DNA of 48,570 bases, counting the filler, from Sphacelaria rigidula (lineage: Eukaryota): the NCBI GenBank assembly GCA_964200075.2. It is 3 parts of 3 records of this genome, joined end to end, with 100 filler letters (N's around TTAATTAATTAA, not from the genome) between each part and the next. Parts side by side here need not be neighbours in the genome. Positions count along the whole stretch, not along the records: positions 16,225 to 32,348 come from CAXNAA020001478.1; positions 32,449 to 48,570 come from CAXNAA020001479.1; 1 more part is not named here. The stretch is one strand, 5' to 3'. Positions 23,501 through 36,433 of the stretch are shown piece by piece. Within the stretch, counting starts at the first letter, position 1, and every line of letters starts with the position of its first letter. A model generated the notes under the pieces. The model ran no database searches. It was given only the letters and a program-made list of their open reading frames with translations, and was not told where the DNA came from. The translations under genes were made by a program, and so were the position numbers.

Positions 23501-24644
23501 GGCAAACTCAATCCATCACCGACAGCCGTCTGACACTCCAGCGAACCGCTACAACTAGACCTTCTTCCGCCACCCCTTTCAACCTCCCACCTTCCCTTCA
23601 CCAAACGTACAACAGCAATACCGTGGCTACCTCTTCTACACCTTTTATCCACACTTCAACACGCACACCGACAAAACGCACGTTCCAAACTACCAACTTG
23701 ATACCCCAGCATGTCACCACAACACGTCCATCGTCGCACCACAAAAGTCGACTCGGGCTCACCTCCCTTTCCAACCTTTACCGCCAACCCCGGGGTTTTA
23801 CGCTTGCCCTGCGGATACTGCAGCCTTACAACCCCACCGGAAAAAAGGGTGCCCGAGGATCAGTTTTAGGGGGCCAACATCACTTCCATCGCTTCAACAC
23901 CTTGGCTTTCTCACTGACGAAGTCAACATCTGGTTCGGCCTTCCGCCTGCGAGACAAGTAGCCAGGAGCGGCGAAAACACACGGGGAAAGCAAGCTCGAT
24001 CAACCAAGTGGAAAATTGGAACTCGCCGTGGATGCACACCATCATGGGTCCATCACCTGTGCAGTGCTCGTTTGTCCATGGAGGAATATGGTGTGCGTAC
24101 AGCGCTGTGCCGCGTTCCATTTTAGAGGTGGCCCGTTGGCATTGTGCAGTCATCCTGCATTGGTCATACATGCAGTTTAATCAAGTTGGATGCACAGCTC
24201 AACGAGATAAGTAACGCGTATGTGATACCTTACAGCGTACTTTCAAGCGTATCGCCTGTGCCCTAAAAACGCAGCGCCATTACAGGACGAAACGTGGGGG
24301 ATAAGGACAGATGGGAGTACATACAATAAACGCATGAACAAACAATAAGATCCCCATTGATCACGCACCGGCGTAAAGTATACAGCGTGTGTCATCACCG
24401 ATACATGCGCTACCCGCATGAATGTTTCTGGACAACGTGCACCGTCACTGATCCCTTAGCTACACCGTGTAATGTGTTACACTGCGGGATGTTTCTGTAG
24501 ACGGCCACTTCGCGAAAAGTCTGCAAGGAATAATAGAGATCCTCTTTTTACTTTGCCAGTTGAGAGCCCATCTACCCCATTTTCCAACAGTGTTTATTCT
24601 CTAGGACATCAACACTATATGTATATATATACTGTACATCCTGT

Positions 24645-25820
24645 CTATGCCAGGTTTCTCCACCCGAGCATTACATCACTCCAGAGTGCCTTGTACCTGG
24701 TGGCAGTGTAGGCAGTGCTGGAGGCGGTGGGAGATGTTAACCGAGAGCCAGTCGCCTTAGCTCCAGACTTTGAGACGGGAGATCCGCTTCCCTTGTGCAC
24801 CGGTTTTCGCGTCGCCTCTGCTACTGCCCTCTCCGCCGTGTTCTCCTCACTGCCTGTCGTGACGCCTCTTGCCACCTTCCCCGACGTTACTGCAGCGACA
24901 GTGACCTTGCGTGGCGCTCCCCAGCTTGGTCGAACGGGAGCCGCGAAGGCCGGGGAGGGTTTGTTCTGGAGCTTGCGGCTCACACCAGTCGCGAATTTAG
25001 CCCCGCTCGCGACGCTTCGCCCCCCCACGCCGCGCGCCGACGCTTGCTTCTCTCTGATCCCGCTGACTCCGCAGGAGGACTTTACCCTGTTGTTGTCGTT
25101 GCTGCTTGTGTTACTGCTGCTGTAAAAACGGATACTGCTGCCGCCATTTTTGTTGTGGCTAGTGTTGTGGCTGTTGGTGGCCGTTGACGCGGTCGGGACG
25201 GGGGAGGCAGTCGTGCCGGTGGGCCCCGTGTGGTGACCGTAGCTGCTGTTGCTGCCGCTGGTATCGGTCGAGGCGGCAGAGGCGATCGAGGCCATCGTAT
25301 CGTTTCCGTCGCACACGCGGGTGTCATCGCCCTCCTTCTTGCTGCTGCTGCCTTTGCCGCTGCTAGGCGACGAAGCATTTGTGTTTAGGGTACCTAGCGA
25401 TGCCCTCTTCCACGTGGAGCTACCCCCAGACGCGTCCACGTGCAACTTGTCAGGACAACTCGTCCTCATGGCGACAACGGGGAATGCCTTCGGACAGATG
25501 GTTTCGGGGGAAGCCTTGATAGCTTTCAGCTCAACGGGCGGGCTGATTGTCACGGCGGTTGCAGCCGCGAGCTTCTTCTTGAGTTTCTCGTTCTCCAGCT
25601 GAAGGCAGACAATCTGCTGGCTCGCCTGGTGGGCCGACGCGGAATACACACATCGAAGCTTGTTGATATCTATGGAGTCGGCTACCTCTGCTTTTGTAGC
25701 CTTCAGCTCGTCCTCAAGGTCCGTTATCCTCGTCCTCAAAGCTGCGTTTTGCTGCCCAGCGACAGCGTTTTGTCCCTCGTGATGCTCGAGGCTGGTCTTG
25801 CACTTGGCCAAGAGAGATAC
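24645..25820 (-). CDS. Uncharacterised protein, last exon (coiled coil followed by a Ser/Thr/Ala/Lys-rich disordered tail)
   Basis: Open frame of about 390 codons with GC-rich codon use and acceptor aaacag|GTATCT. Heptad-like stretch NAALRTRITDLEDELKATKAEV...LQLENEKLKKKL, ending at a TAG stop. Confidence 0.85.
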   Translation of the reverse strand, partial: VSLLAKCKTSLEHHEGQNAVAGQQNAALRTRITDLEDELKATKAEVADSIDINKLRCVYSASAHQASQQIVCLQLENEKLKKKLAAATAVTISPPVELKAIKASPETICPKAFPVVAMRTSCPDKLHVDASGGSSTWKRASLGTLNTNASSPSSGKGSSSKKEGDDTRVCDGNDTMASIASAASTDTSGSNSSYGHHTGPTGTTASPVPTASTATNSHNTSHNKNGGSSIRFYSSSNTSSNDNNRVKSSCGVSGIREKQASARGVGGRSVASGAKFATGVSRKLQNKPSPAFAAPVRPSWGAPRKVTVAAVTSGKVARGVTTGSEENTAERAVAEATRKPVHKGSGSPVSKSGAKATGSRLTSPTASSTAYTATRYKALWSDVMLGWRNLA

Positions 25821-26380
25821 CTGTTTACGCAGCAGACAGAAGACGGAGGTGCCAAGGAGATTCACTGGACACAGCTTCGTGCAAATTCACGTGCAATATG
25901 TGCCTGTACCAACCACGTACTGGAAGGACAGTCGATCTCGACAATCCACTAGTGATCATCCACAGGAAACTTGAAATTGGGTTGAATGTGCAGCGAAGAA
26001 ATCACGGCAGATACATCTCGCCATCTACACTGCTTTACTTATGGCCTCTCGTCACCGTAAATCCACCTTGTAAAACATACAGGAGATTATTTGAACCAGA
26101 CTTTCCCGTGTTTCAACATTCCTGCCAGTAGCCAGTACACATTCGGCATCCTTGCCAGCTTTGCAGAACAACTACTATAACGACAACCATATGGAATGGA
26201 CGACAGAGCAAGACTTCGCATTCACACATCACACGCACAGCATGTGTACGTCTGCGTGGAACCCTGGAACGACAGCAGAATTGAAATAAAAAAAAAACGC
26301 CAAACGGATGAAGAAAGAACAGACAAAGCACAAGCGACAGAGACGATTGGGCAATGCCACCGGTAGGTAACATGACACAC

Positions 26381-26455
26381 CTGTTGCTCCTGGCGCTCCA
26401 TTTCGCCCTGGGCCTGGTTAATCAACATTTCGCCCATAGCCCGTAAGTCAAAGCC
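26381..26455 (-). CDS. Uncharacterised protein, internal 75-bp exon
   Basis: ttttcag|GFDLRAMGEMLINQAQGEMERQEQQ|gtgtgt. Phase 0 at both ends, matching the neighbouring exons. Confidence 0.75.
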
Positions 26456-27236
26456 CTGAAAACACGTGCGACGGAACGAGCGTGTATAGCATGGGAATAC
26501 GGTACAGACACGACATTCAAGTACCAGATCGCCACCCCAGCTGGGGGTGAACATTCAACACGCACGGCGCATAGATAGCGTGTCAGAAGGTATGTTAGCC
26601 TTTCTTCTTTTTGTTTTGCGTACAAATTCTTCACCTGAAGCTATGCTGCAGGGGTCGACCATTTGCTTCTTGTGTATCATCATTGTCAACATTATTGTCA
26701 TCGCGACCAGTTTTTCTCGTCATCTTTTCCCTTTTTCTTCGATTTTGTTCCGTCTTTTGTTTTTTTTCGTCCCAGTTTACTCCGTTTTCTTGTCTTTTTC
26801 TTTTATCGTCTCCCTTTTCCAAGTCTCCTCTAGCCAAGTGTTTCCGCTTTGCTAACCTTCGGTACGTCCATCTCGTGACCAACCTTCGCGGCTGGATCCG
26901 GGCATAAGTTAATGTACAACAATCAATCCATCACTCAATCAGTGTGTGACCTACACGTACACGAGAAGACCCGTGCCCACATTACTTCATGCTTTCCACC
27001 CACCTAAAACAGTCGTCATTGCAAGCACCGCGACATCCGCTTCGACAGCGATACCATTTTTCATCAATGAAATCACACCGCACTCTACACGAACCCAGAG
27101 TGCTTGCCAAGGGGGAGATGCAACACCCGCCCACAGCAAGGAGGACAAATAGACCACGGAAGGGGAAAAATTGATCCCCAACTGGAAGCGTGAACCCCCA
27201 ACACGCTCAAGTCACCTTTACGGGAAGACTGCGAAC

Positions 27237-28109
27237 CCAACAGCAGTCCTGGAATTCCAAGGCGTCGCTGACCCTCGAGATGAGCTCTCGGGTGGGCACG
27301 ACATCCTTCTCCCGAGCCCCACTGACGATCATTGATTCCTTCTCCTGCTCCCCGTCCTCCTCGTCATGTTCGCCGAGACTCTCCTCCCCCGAACACACGC
27401 CCTCCACCATGTCCTCCATTTCCTCCCCTGCGCACTTTTGAATTTCCTGCTCCCCGTGGTCGTGATCCACCTCGTCCCCCGCCCACTCCCCAACTTCGTC
27501 TCCCTCCACGTCGTTGTTGTATCCAGACTCACCGGAAGTGTCCCCCGCCGCAGCTCGCCCCAGTTCTCCATCATCGTCTGCATCTCCATCGGGATAGTCC
27601 ACCCCCTCATCTTCGTCAGGATCATCATTGTACTCGCTCAAGTCGCTCGTGTTCGACGAGTGGTCACCACCTTCCTCCTCCTCCTCTTCCCGCATTTCTT
27701 GGTCGCAACATTGTACCAAATCGTCCGACACGTCCGAGGCAGACGAACGTAGCGACGAAGGGGACAACGACTCGGACGACTGCATGCGCAAGGCGACGCC
27801 CCTGTGCACGTGGGGGCTATCGCGGTGTAACGGTGGCGACGCTGAGAGATCACACTCTATCTTGCGGGATGACCGGCCTGGGGTCGCGGGCGGTGGTCGG
27901 GGGGGTGTATCGGGTAGACTGATGCTGCTGATTGTGGCTGGACTCGTCTTGGGGTCGTTCTTCGCGTAGGCCAGGGCTTTGTCGGTGTAGGTGGTCACCG
28001 CTGGGTGCTTCACCGTCGATTCCGAGGGGTGGGCGTTGGGGTACCAGATGCCATCAATTTCGGCACCCATATCATCCTCCTTGTCACCGTGGCTGCTGGC
28101 GTCCTCGCC
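27237..28109 (-). CDS. Uncharacterised protein, acidic and Pro/Ser-rich exon
   Basis: Acceptor ttttccag followed by 291 open codons with D/E tracts. The donor is tgg|gttcgc, with an alternative aag|gtgact at 27216. Confidence 0.82.
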
Positions 28110-28339
28110 CTGGAAAATCAATGGATCATGACAAAGGATCCGATAGTGTCGGTACCAACATGACAACACATGTCACGGCGGGGCGGGGTGCGGGGTAGCA
28201 GGGGGAAGTGGGGCGTACAAGCGGACCGTTAGAGGATTAGATAAAAGCATATGCGCAGATCGGTGAATATGCCGCACAACTCGTCTCCGATAAAACGAGA
28301 GAGATTCAAGGTATACTCAAATGGTTGCGCCTAACTTAC

Positions 28340-28363
28340 AGGAATCGGGACTTTTCGCACCAT
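28340..28363 (-). CDS. Uncharacterised protein, probable first coding exon (MVRKVPIP)
   Basis: An ATG lies in phase 0 with a canonical GTAAGT donor at 28339-28334. Confidence 0.5.
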
Positions 28364-28448
28364 TTTTTCATGTTTTCGTTGATTCCAAGGCAAACTGCGC
28401 GCATCCCAAATCGCCGAAAAGGGGGAGCTGGCACTAGGTCAGACAGTA

Positions 28449-30000
28449 CGAGCTGCGCCAGCCTAGGAGCGGATTTGCACGTTGCAGATCCATTCTCACG
28501 TCAATTTTTGAGAGTTGGACTTTCAAAATTGATATGGGGAATCGGTGATGCATAATAAAAACAAGATATTTTGGGACATTGATATATGTTTTCCTTTGTG
28601 AGTTACGGACAAAAACTAAGACCCGCTTTTCACTAAAATGTACCCAAGTCATGAAAAAAAACGTCCCGTACTCTTTCGTTTCATTATGCCAAAGTGACTC
28701 CATACCGGATTTGGAACCGCAACTTTAAAAAGGAGGTGAGCATGGGCGATTTAGAGCCTGGGTCGGACCAGATTCGGAACAGTATTATGCAGGCCAGTTA
28801 CCGGCCTGGTTTTGGTACTTGTACTTTGAAATATTGTCGGGAGAATCACTACGGTAGGGCATAATAAAAAGAAATTGGGACATGTTGATTTATTTTATTT
28901 TCCATCAGATAGTGACGTTTCAGTGTAGTAAGGATCATTCTTCCACGAAAACGTCCTGAACTCACCGAAAAAGAAGGCCTATTTCTTGTTTGTTTGCAGT
29001 ACAGTATGCCCTTGCGACTTTCCAGCTCAAATCACAAATATAAAAATGAGCTGAGAAACTGAGTTAGGGGCCAAAAACACCGTCCATTAAAAAAATACAT
29101 ATTTTACTCGTGTAAAAGAGAATTTCAAGGTCCTGAACGTTTTTGTTTTTATTTCGCCCTTGCGATACTCCATACAACTGAGTACAAAATTCCGAAACAC
29201 AACTCTCAAAACTGAGGTGTAAATTCCAGATTTAGTGTATTCAGTGCCTCTGTTCGTAACATGTTGAGTTTAGTTTGAAATTCTATGTTCGCCACATCTT
29301 TACACAGATAACGAATTAGGTGAAGGTGAGGGTATCAATCGTTCCCCCATGCTCCAGGCGATGTTCACATCAGAAATCATCATGCGCTGTACAGATCATT
29401 CGGGGTTTCGTATAGACTTTAGTATGGAATCTATCTCCGTACGGTATAGGAATTACACGCCACGGCGTTTAATCGACGAGAAAAAAATGGCCCCGGCTTC
29501 TGAGCAGATGGACATTACCCCCCTTGGTCAGAAGACTATTATGGTGAGCGGATCACGGCCCAATTCGTCTGTGTCGATGAGATAGGCAGTGTTACAGGCA
29601 AAGAAAAGCACACACAAGATTGATGTTACCGCAGGGGTGCAAAAGTATTTTCTGAGGTTAGAACTGTGAGGAGCCCTTTATTTCGTCCAAAACACCACTT
29701 GTAATATATGTGAGAGTACGCCGGAATTACTATTCCGATGTGCTAGGGATATCCCGAATGAATTCGCAACCGGGAATGCCCTGATTGACATTCTTGCGCA
29801 TCTAGAATCGTTACGAGCCGCTGAACCAGACAAAATTTTGCGCAAAAAGTGCACCCCTACCGTAGAATTGCTCACACAACGAAAAATAGGTCAAGCTAGA
29901 GCGAATAACTAAAGCTCACTTTAAATCAACATTAGACTGACAATCTCACGACGAACATTTTTGGTGTGTCTGTAAGAGCTTGAATCCGATTTTGGGCTGG
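28449..30000 (+). mobile_element. Older, diverged copy of the TA-target DNA transposon with a nested insertion
   Basis: Starts TA|cgagctgcgccagcc and is colinear with 6535-7590. It resumes as agagcttgaatccgattttgggctgg at 29975-30000, where the right TIR is cut. Confidence 0.78.
29595..29972. mobile_element. Nested MITE-like insertion with TA flanks
   Basis: It interrupts the host element. TA|caggcaaagaaaa...ttttggtgtgtctg|TA forms an imperfect TIR. Confidence 0.5.
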
Positions 30001-32348
30001 TAGGGCGAGTCATCCCGACACGAAAGTGTTCGCGTGGCCATCCATATCTTGGCGCGAGGTCGCCGACAATCGGCCAACGTACGTCCACTTGCGATTCGAA
30101 AAACATGCTCGTTCCCGCAACAAGTGGTCCGAGCCATTCACTTTTTTTCAGCATGCTTTTTTGCTTCGCGTGAGGTGGAGAACTCTGCCTTGTGAGCGTA
30201 TCAGAAACTTATTTCGCCTCCTCCGCTGGGAAGGCACACAAACCTCCGTTAGGGTATTGTTCGCGCTTCTTGTCGAGTAGACGGGACGGTTGTACATATT
30301 GTAAAACAGCAGCGGTGATTGCGCCAGCTATATTGCTCCTATGCAAGTATAAAAACAGCCGTGGATCTTCCTTTCTTGACCCCGGCAACGAGTTACGGCA
30401 CGCCTTTTTTTGGCCGCAACCCTTACTTTCTGCGAGACTCCCGTCAAGGACTCCTCTTATTTGAATGCCCACCTACGCCTCCCGAGGCTATGGTATCCTC
30501 CAAATACTCTCAGGACGATCAGCGGAAAGAAGCTCGAAATACGCAGGTCTAAATTTCGAGACATTCCACCTCTCTGTTTTCTATGCTGAAGTGGACAGCC
30601 ACTCCTTTGTGAGCTTTGATGCGCCGTGCACAACCGGAATCTACCGGTTGGCAGCCTTCCCATCGATTTTTGGAGAACCGCTTTTTTTCATGATTTCCGA
30701 GGCGTTTCGGAGATGTGTGCCACTTCTGGTGCTTCACTCCTTCTGGGAAATCGGTCGTACATACCGGATTCGGGGGGTAGACGCGCCCATCCCGGGGACA
30801 GTATCATGTTGTCCCCGGGTCTGGAGGGTCTTCTTGGTCTCACACATGTCCTCAACACCTCGAAACTCGAAACACACTACCGTGGGTCCGAGCATCGAAA
30901 AAAATGTTCTTTGTACCCCCCGTATCACACATTGAGCCAAATTTCTGCCAAAGCTCTGGCTTTCCATCGTAAAATCTCACCACATAAGCCCACTTTGTGA
31001 TTTTTCACACAGGGGATAATAACATGCGATCCCCTAGGGCTTTTTTTTTCACATGATGGCAACCATGTGTGGAAGACATGTTGGAGATCCGTATGTCGAA
31101 ATCAACTGTATTGGGTACACTATCGCAATATTTCACCACGGGCTTATCCAACGAGGTTTTCAAAATGGGCTTATCTTGTGGCACAGGTGGAGTATTGTTT
31201 TTGTAGACCCTTACCGACGCCAACCAAAGTCGTCATCCGAAAACTCGTGGAACTGTCGGCAGGACAAAATCTCGGAACAGAACCCCAGGGCGTTCAAACG
31301 TTCGACCCTGCATAACTGCAAGCTTTCGCGCAGAGCCAAAGGGTATGGCATTCTGCTAGAATTCCATACCCTTCACGCAGAACGTAGAACACTGTATTAT
31401 TCCCACCGCCTCTAACGCAACACCCCGCTACTTCAGCGCCTAGTACATGCCACTTTATCGCCCAGCACATGTACTGGACGGCACTGGACCGCACCGTACC
31501 GTAACGTACAATAGTTGGCTTTGCTGTCTCACGTCTGTATCCTGTCGTAAGCTGGTCGAAGCGTACCGGGCGAGCTGCTGCGATGTGGGGAGAACCGAGT
31601 TGCGTATTTTCTAGTACCATAGTTACTCCCCGTCGAGACGTTGTCTGCTGCCGGGCAAGCTTCCATGGCACGGTGGAGGTTGCGTGAGTCCTTATAACAG
31701 CCGGGGAAGGGTACTTTCTGCATATCTCTTCTCACACCCGCGGTGGGGCAGACTATTGATTAATTGTTTGATTGATTGTCGCACTTTAACTGACCCCCCA
31801 GGGGTCCAGCCGTCGTCTCATGATAGACTATTGCTAACCAGTTTCTCACATTCGTGGTCAACCCGTACAAAATTAGCGCCCCACATAGTATCTCTACTGT
31901 AGTTATCTCGGCAGTACATACACTGTTTATTTTATGAACAATCTACCCGTGCTGCTCCCGAGTAGTTTTTATAAGATAGTTGGGCAAGGTTGACAGTGAT
32001 GCAGTGATCGGCACATAGCTAGGTGGATCAAACGTCGCATCAACGATTTACATCATGTCAAGGACACCTACTGTACACCACGGTCTGGTCCAGCCCAGCC
32101 CAGCCCAGCCCAATCCATTGTTTCTGATATTACAATAACTTTCACATAACAGACAACGCGATGATCTAGACAGCACGGACGAAGGTGCGAGCACTAACGA
32201 ACGTCAAATTGTGCCGCAGGTGAACTCAATTTTCAGTGAAACCGAACAAGACAGTAGAATTTTTCGGAAAACGCGCTTTCTTGTCATTTCTTCAGGCCGC
32301 TTCCTATAATAGACAAAAATTAAAACCCGGAAAAATGTATTTTTGGAG

Positions 32349-32448
32349 NNNNNNNNNNNNNNNNNNNNNNNNNNNNNNNNNNNNNNNNNNNNTTAATTAA
32401 TTAANNNNNNNNNNNNNNNNNNNNNNNNNNNNNNNNNNNNNNNNNNNN
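32349..32448. other. Artificial contig linker
   Basis: 44 N + TTAATTAATTAA + 44 N. Confidence 0.97.
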
Positions 32449-34632
32449 TAAAGCGAATGATCAAAGCCACTCTCAATCGTATCATCTACTACTCTCAATC
32501 TCACGAAAACACTGTTATAGATTGATGATCGGCTGTTTTTATCTACTACACCTACACATGTTTCATCATCCATTTTCGTATTTTTTCTTTCATCACCAGA
32601 AACATCTCTCCACTCGAGCTTATATTATGCATGATAAGGGCGCGGGGGCTATTTTTTCAAGGACTCGAAAGTCAACTGTGCTAACCGTGGATTTAGTGTT
32701 GCGAAATGTCAAACGAAGCACGTCCGCATGGTACATACTACAGTAGTAGTAGTGGGCGGTCTAACTACTCATTTTGTGGCATTTTATGATTTCTTCGTAA
32801 TTGGCGATTTTCTTGGGCTTTTTTCGCTTGCCACCCCTTATCACATCGGGGATCAAAAGATATTGGTATCCGCTCCACATTCCAAGAAGAAAAAATCATA
32901 TGTACTCGATATTGAGTGACTTACGGGTTAACCGGTCATCGGGGGTCCTGTCACGCTTCAGCCCAGGTTCTTACTCTTCTGTATTTTCGGTCAATCGAGT
33001 CCGATCATAGTTTTGAAGAAATGTACAGTTTTAGTTTTTTTTTAATTCTGCCTCCTCAGTGCACTAGCGCCGAAGAACTGTGTTTCACGGTCAATAACAC
33101 CCTCCTGATGAATGGGGGATTTACCCGTTTCGCCCGATAACACTAACGAACATTGACTTGGGCACTGTGTTTCAAGGATGATCTGTTTTTTTGTACCAAA
33201 ATCTACCGACGCGAGCAATTTCGACTTTTATCGAAGAGTAGTACGCGAGGAAAACCCCAAGACACTCCTAAATAGTTACACCGGCCACTACTGTAGACAA
33301 AAACATTGGGAAGGGAAGTGGGGAGAAAATTCCTCTTCGGCGTGTTATCATGTCGTAAATGTACGACCGACGGGAGCTGACGGAACAATAATGGTTGATG
33401 CGGGTAATGAATAAAGGGAGAAATTCGGTCTGAGTTTTACTTCTGTAGGTCAGCAGTGCGGCGAGGTGGGTAATCTCTGGGCTGGAGACAAAGAAGAAGA
33501 GGGCTCTGGTGGCTCTGTGGTGCTCCGTTGTGCTTTTTATGTCACCACTGCTGAGAACGAAGAAAAGGTGAGGAATGGGAGTGAGAGGGGAGCAATTTTG
33601 CTGCGCTACTGTACTATGTTGAGTGTCTTATTGGTCTCGAAGCCTCTTCTTGGAGGGAACCGAGGTGTTTCCACCGAGACTCCGACTCTCGAGTCTACAA
33701 TATGCATGTACACGAGGGCGAGCACTGACACCGATTATGCGATATGCAGATAGCTCTTAGCCCTTACCCACCATGATGGCACCCCTTTCGTCTCCTGTGA
33801 ATGGAACAATCGTTGTGAAGCACGATTTGGAACTACAGACGGTGTGCAAAGGATGTGTTTTCTACAAAAGGGAGCTGCGGACAAATAGAGCTGCCGTGCT
33901 TGAGGTTTATTTTCGACAGGACGACCACCGAACATATTGGGGTTGCACTAGTCAGATACACGCGAGAGAGCACCGACGCACGCACGCGCGAGCCATAGAA
34001 GCTGCAGTAGCGGGAGCGATAGTAGTATGAGTGATTATGTTGATCGTTGCAGCACAAGCAAGATTGGGTACAGTGTTGTACGATAGCGTGGAGCGCTAGT
34101 CAAGGCCTATCGCTGTGAATTCCGCCTCGGTCTTCCTCCTTTTCAATGATGTGGAGGTGGTATTTCGGACGGTGAGGCGTCGAAGCAAGGCGCAGCTCGT
34201 GTTTGATGATGCCGGAGCTTTGAGGGTGTGTCAGTTGGTACCACAGGTAGGTATCAATGCCACAGGTTCAGTGGCGTAAGGCGCTGAGGGCGCGATGTGC
34301 GTTGAAACGGTAGATACCGGCATTGCGCTCGTTTCATGAACATTTGTTGTCTGCTGTCTGAGTATAATGATACAGGGTACGATACCAATCGGGCACACAG
34401 GCAGCAACGAAACCTGCCAGCCGTGTCATGAATCTTAGCCGAGTTATGGATCATCGCTAGAAGAAATATACCTAAGGATCAGCCTTTGGCCTCCGCTGTA
34501 TGTGTGAGGCTTGGGGGCTCAGGATTCTCGCTGCAATTCGCTCCACAGCTCGATCAATAGGTCTCGCGCCAACGGTGGGTCTTCCTGCCAAGGTCCCCCG
34601 CCGGCGTTCCTGGCAAGGGGGCAACATGAATC

Positions 34633-35216
34633 CAAGGTTGTGTTCTGTAAGGTACGGGTACGTTCTGTAGGGTATGAGATTCCTTACAGAACTTGCAGAA
34701 CTGTCGGGTACCGGTATGAAAGTCTTACAGAGTTAACAGAACTGTCGGGTACGGGTACGAAATTATCACAGAAATTACAGAACTCGTCGGGTACGGTACG
34801 GGAGGCTTACAGAAAACCGGTACCGGCAATCGGTTAACTCTTCAAGGGTATACCCGCCCCTCGGGTTAGGGTGAACTTTTTGTACAGAACTCACAGAACT
34901 ATCGAGTACCGGTATAGGAGGCTTACAGAACCCACAGAAAGTGTCGGGTCGGGTGTGGAGGTTGCACAGAAAACCGTACGCGCAACCGGGTATCTTATCA
35001 AGAGGATACCTGTGCCCCCCCGTAACGGTACGGGAGGCTTACAGAACTCACAGAACTATCGGGTTCTGTACGGGTATGAAGGTCTTACAGAGATTACAGA
35101 ATCGTCGGGTACCGGTATGGAAATCTTTCAGAGTTTACATAACTGTCGGGTACCGTAAATATCCGGCAAAATACCCCGGGTACAGAGAAAACCGTACTCT
35201 ACAGAACACGACCTTG
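34633..35216 (+). mobile_element. Non-autonomous TIR element filled with ACAGAA/GGGTA repeats
   Basis: TIRs caaggttgtgttctgtaaggtacgg / ccgtactctacagaacacgaccttg. The internal ~40-bp units read ttacagaactcacagaactgtcgggtaccggtatg. No clear TSD. Confidence 0.8.
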
Positions 35217-35839
35217 GTATTATCATCACCCCTGTGGTGGGCCTACGTCACTACAACAATGGCGAAATACAGATCGTAGTTCACGAACACTCTGAACGGC
35301 TTCACGGGGTTGATGGAGAAAGACTTCACGAACGATCGCAGTGGTACATGTGCACGGGATCGTCAACATCTATCGGCATCACGTACACTCCCAGAGAGTA
35401 CATGAAGGAGAATTCACAGCTGCCCGTTCTCTGGAAGCCCTTCGGCTCGCGACCAAATCGCTGACGGCCTTGACGACTTTTGGTGGCAGCTCATACTCTG
35501 TGCTGTACATGTCGATAACGGCCTGGGATTTGATGACCACGATGCAACCATCATCAACGTCAATCACGTGCGTCTTGCTACTTGATCCTCTGGTGGCGCA
35601 GATGAACCGCCCCCGCACGAGCCACCACTCGAGTCTGAGGATGATCCATCTCCACGGTCTGCAGGGCTGCTCATATTTCGTGTTCCCACTCAGCGGTGCC
35701 TTGTATCCCGTCAGATCCCAAACTAACAAAGTTGTCAACATTGAATTATTGTTGGTGTGCAGTTTTGAATGAAGGAGTTGGGTGGGTTGATCGATGGGAG
35801 GTACATGTTCAGGTCAGGAGGGTTGTATAAGGATTGAAG

Positions 35840-36433
35840 CTATACCCGTACCTCCCCAAGGTATATACCTGTACTCATACCTGCAATCGGGTATATCTAT
35901 AACGGTATACCCCAACCCCGGTTAGGGGTATGGAAGGCTTACAGAGCTCACAGAATTGTCGGGTACCGGTACTGGATGAAAGTCTTACAGAAATTACAGG
36001 ACTTATCGGGTACAGTATGGGAGGCTGACAGGACCGGTACTGTACCGGCAATCGGGTATTTTTTCAAAAGCATACCCGCGCTCCGGGAACAGGTAAATAT
36101 TCTGTACAGAACTCACAAAACTGTCGGGTAAGGGTATGGGAGGCTTGCAAAACTCACAGGAACTGTCGGGTAGGGTATGGAGGATGCACAGAAAACAGTA
36201 CCCGCAATCAGGTATCTTATCGAGAGCGTACCCGTGCCCCCCGGTAACGGTACGGGAGTCTTGGAGAGATTACAGCACTATCGGGTAAGGGTATGAAAGT
36301 ATTTCAGAGACCACAGAACTGACGGGTACCGGTATGAAAGTCTTACAGAAGTCACAGAACTGTCGGGTACGGTAAATACCCGGCAAAATACCCTTGGTAT
36401 ACAGAAAACCGTACCCTACAGAACACAACCTTG
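35840..36433 (+). mobile_element. Second copy of the ACAGAA/GGGTA element, lacking the left TIR
   Basis: Colinear with 34660-35216, ending ccgtaccctacagaacacaaccttg. Confidence 0.78.

Noticed and set aside
24715..27969. Long plus-strand ORFs overlapping the orphan gene
   Set aside because: These are antisense shadows of GC-rich coding exons.
33449..34246. Plus-strand exon candidates (33449-33567 and ~34100-34246)
   Set aside because: The reading frame is ambiguous, there is an in-frame stop, and no product is recognisable.
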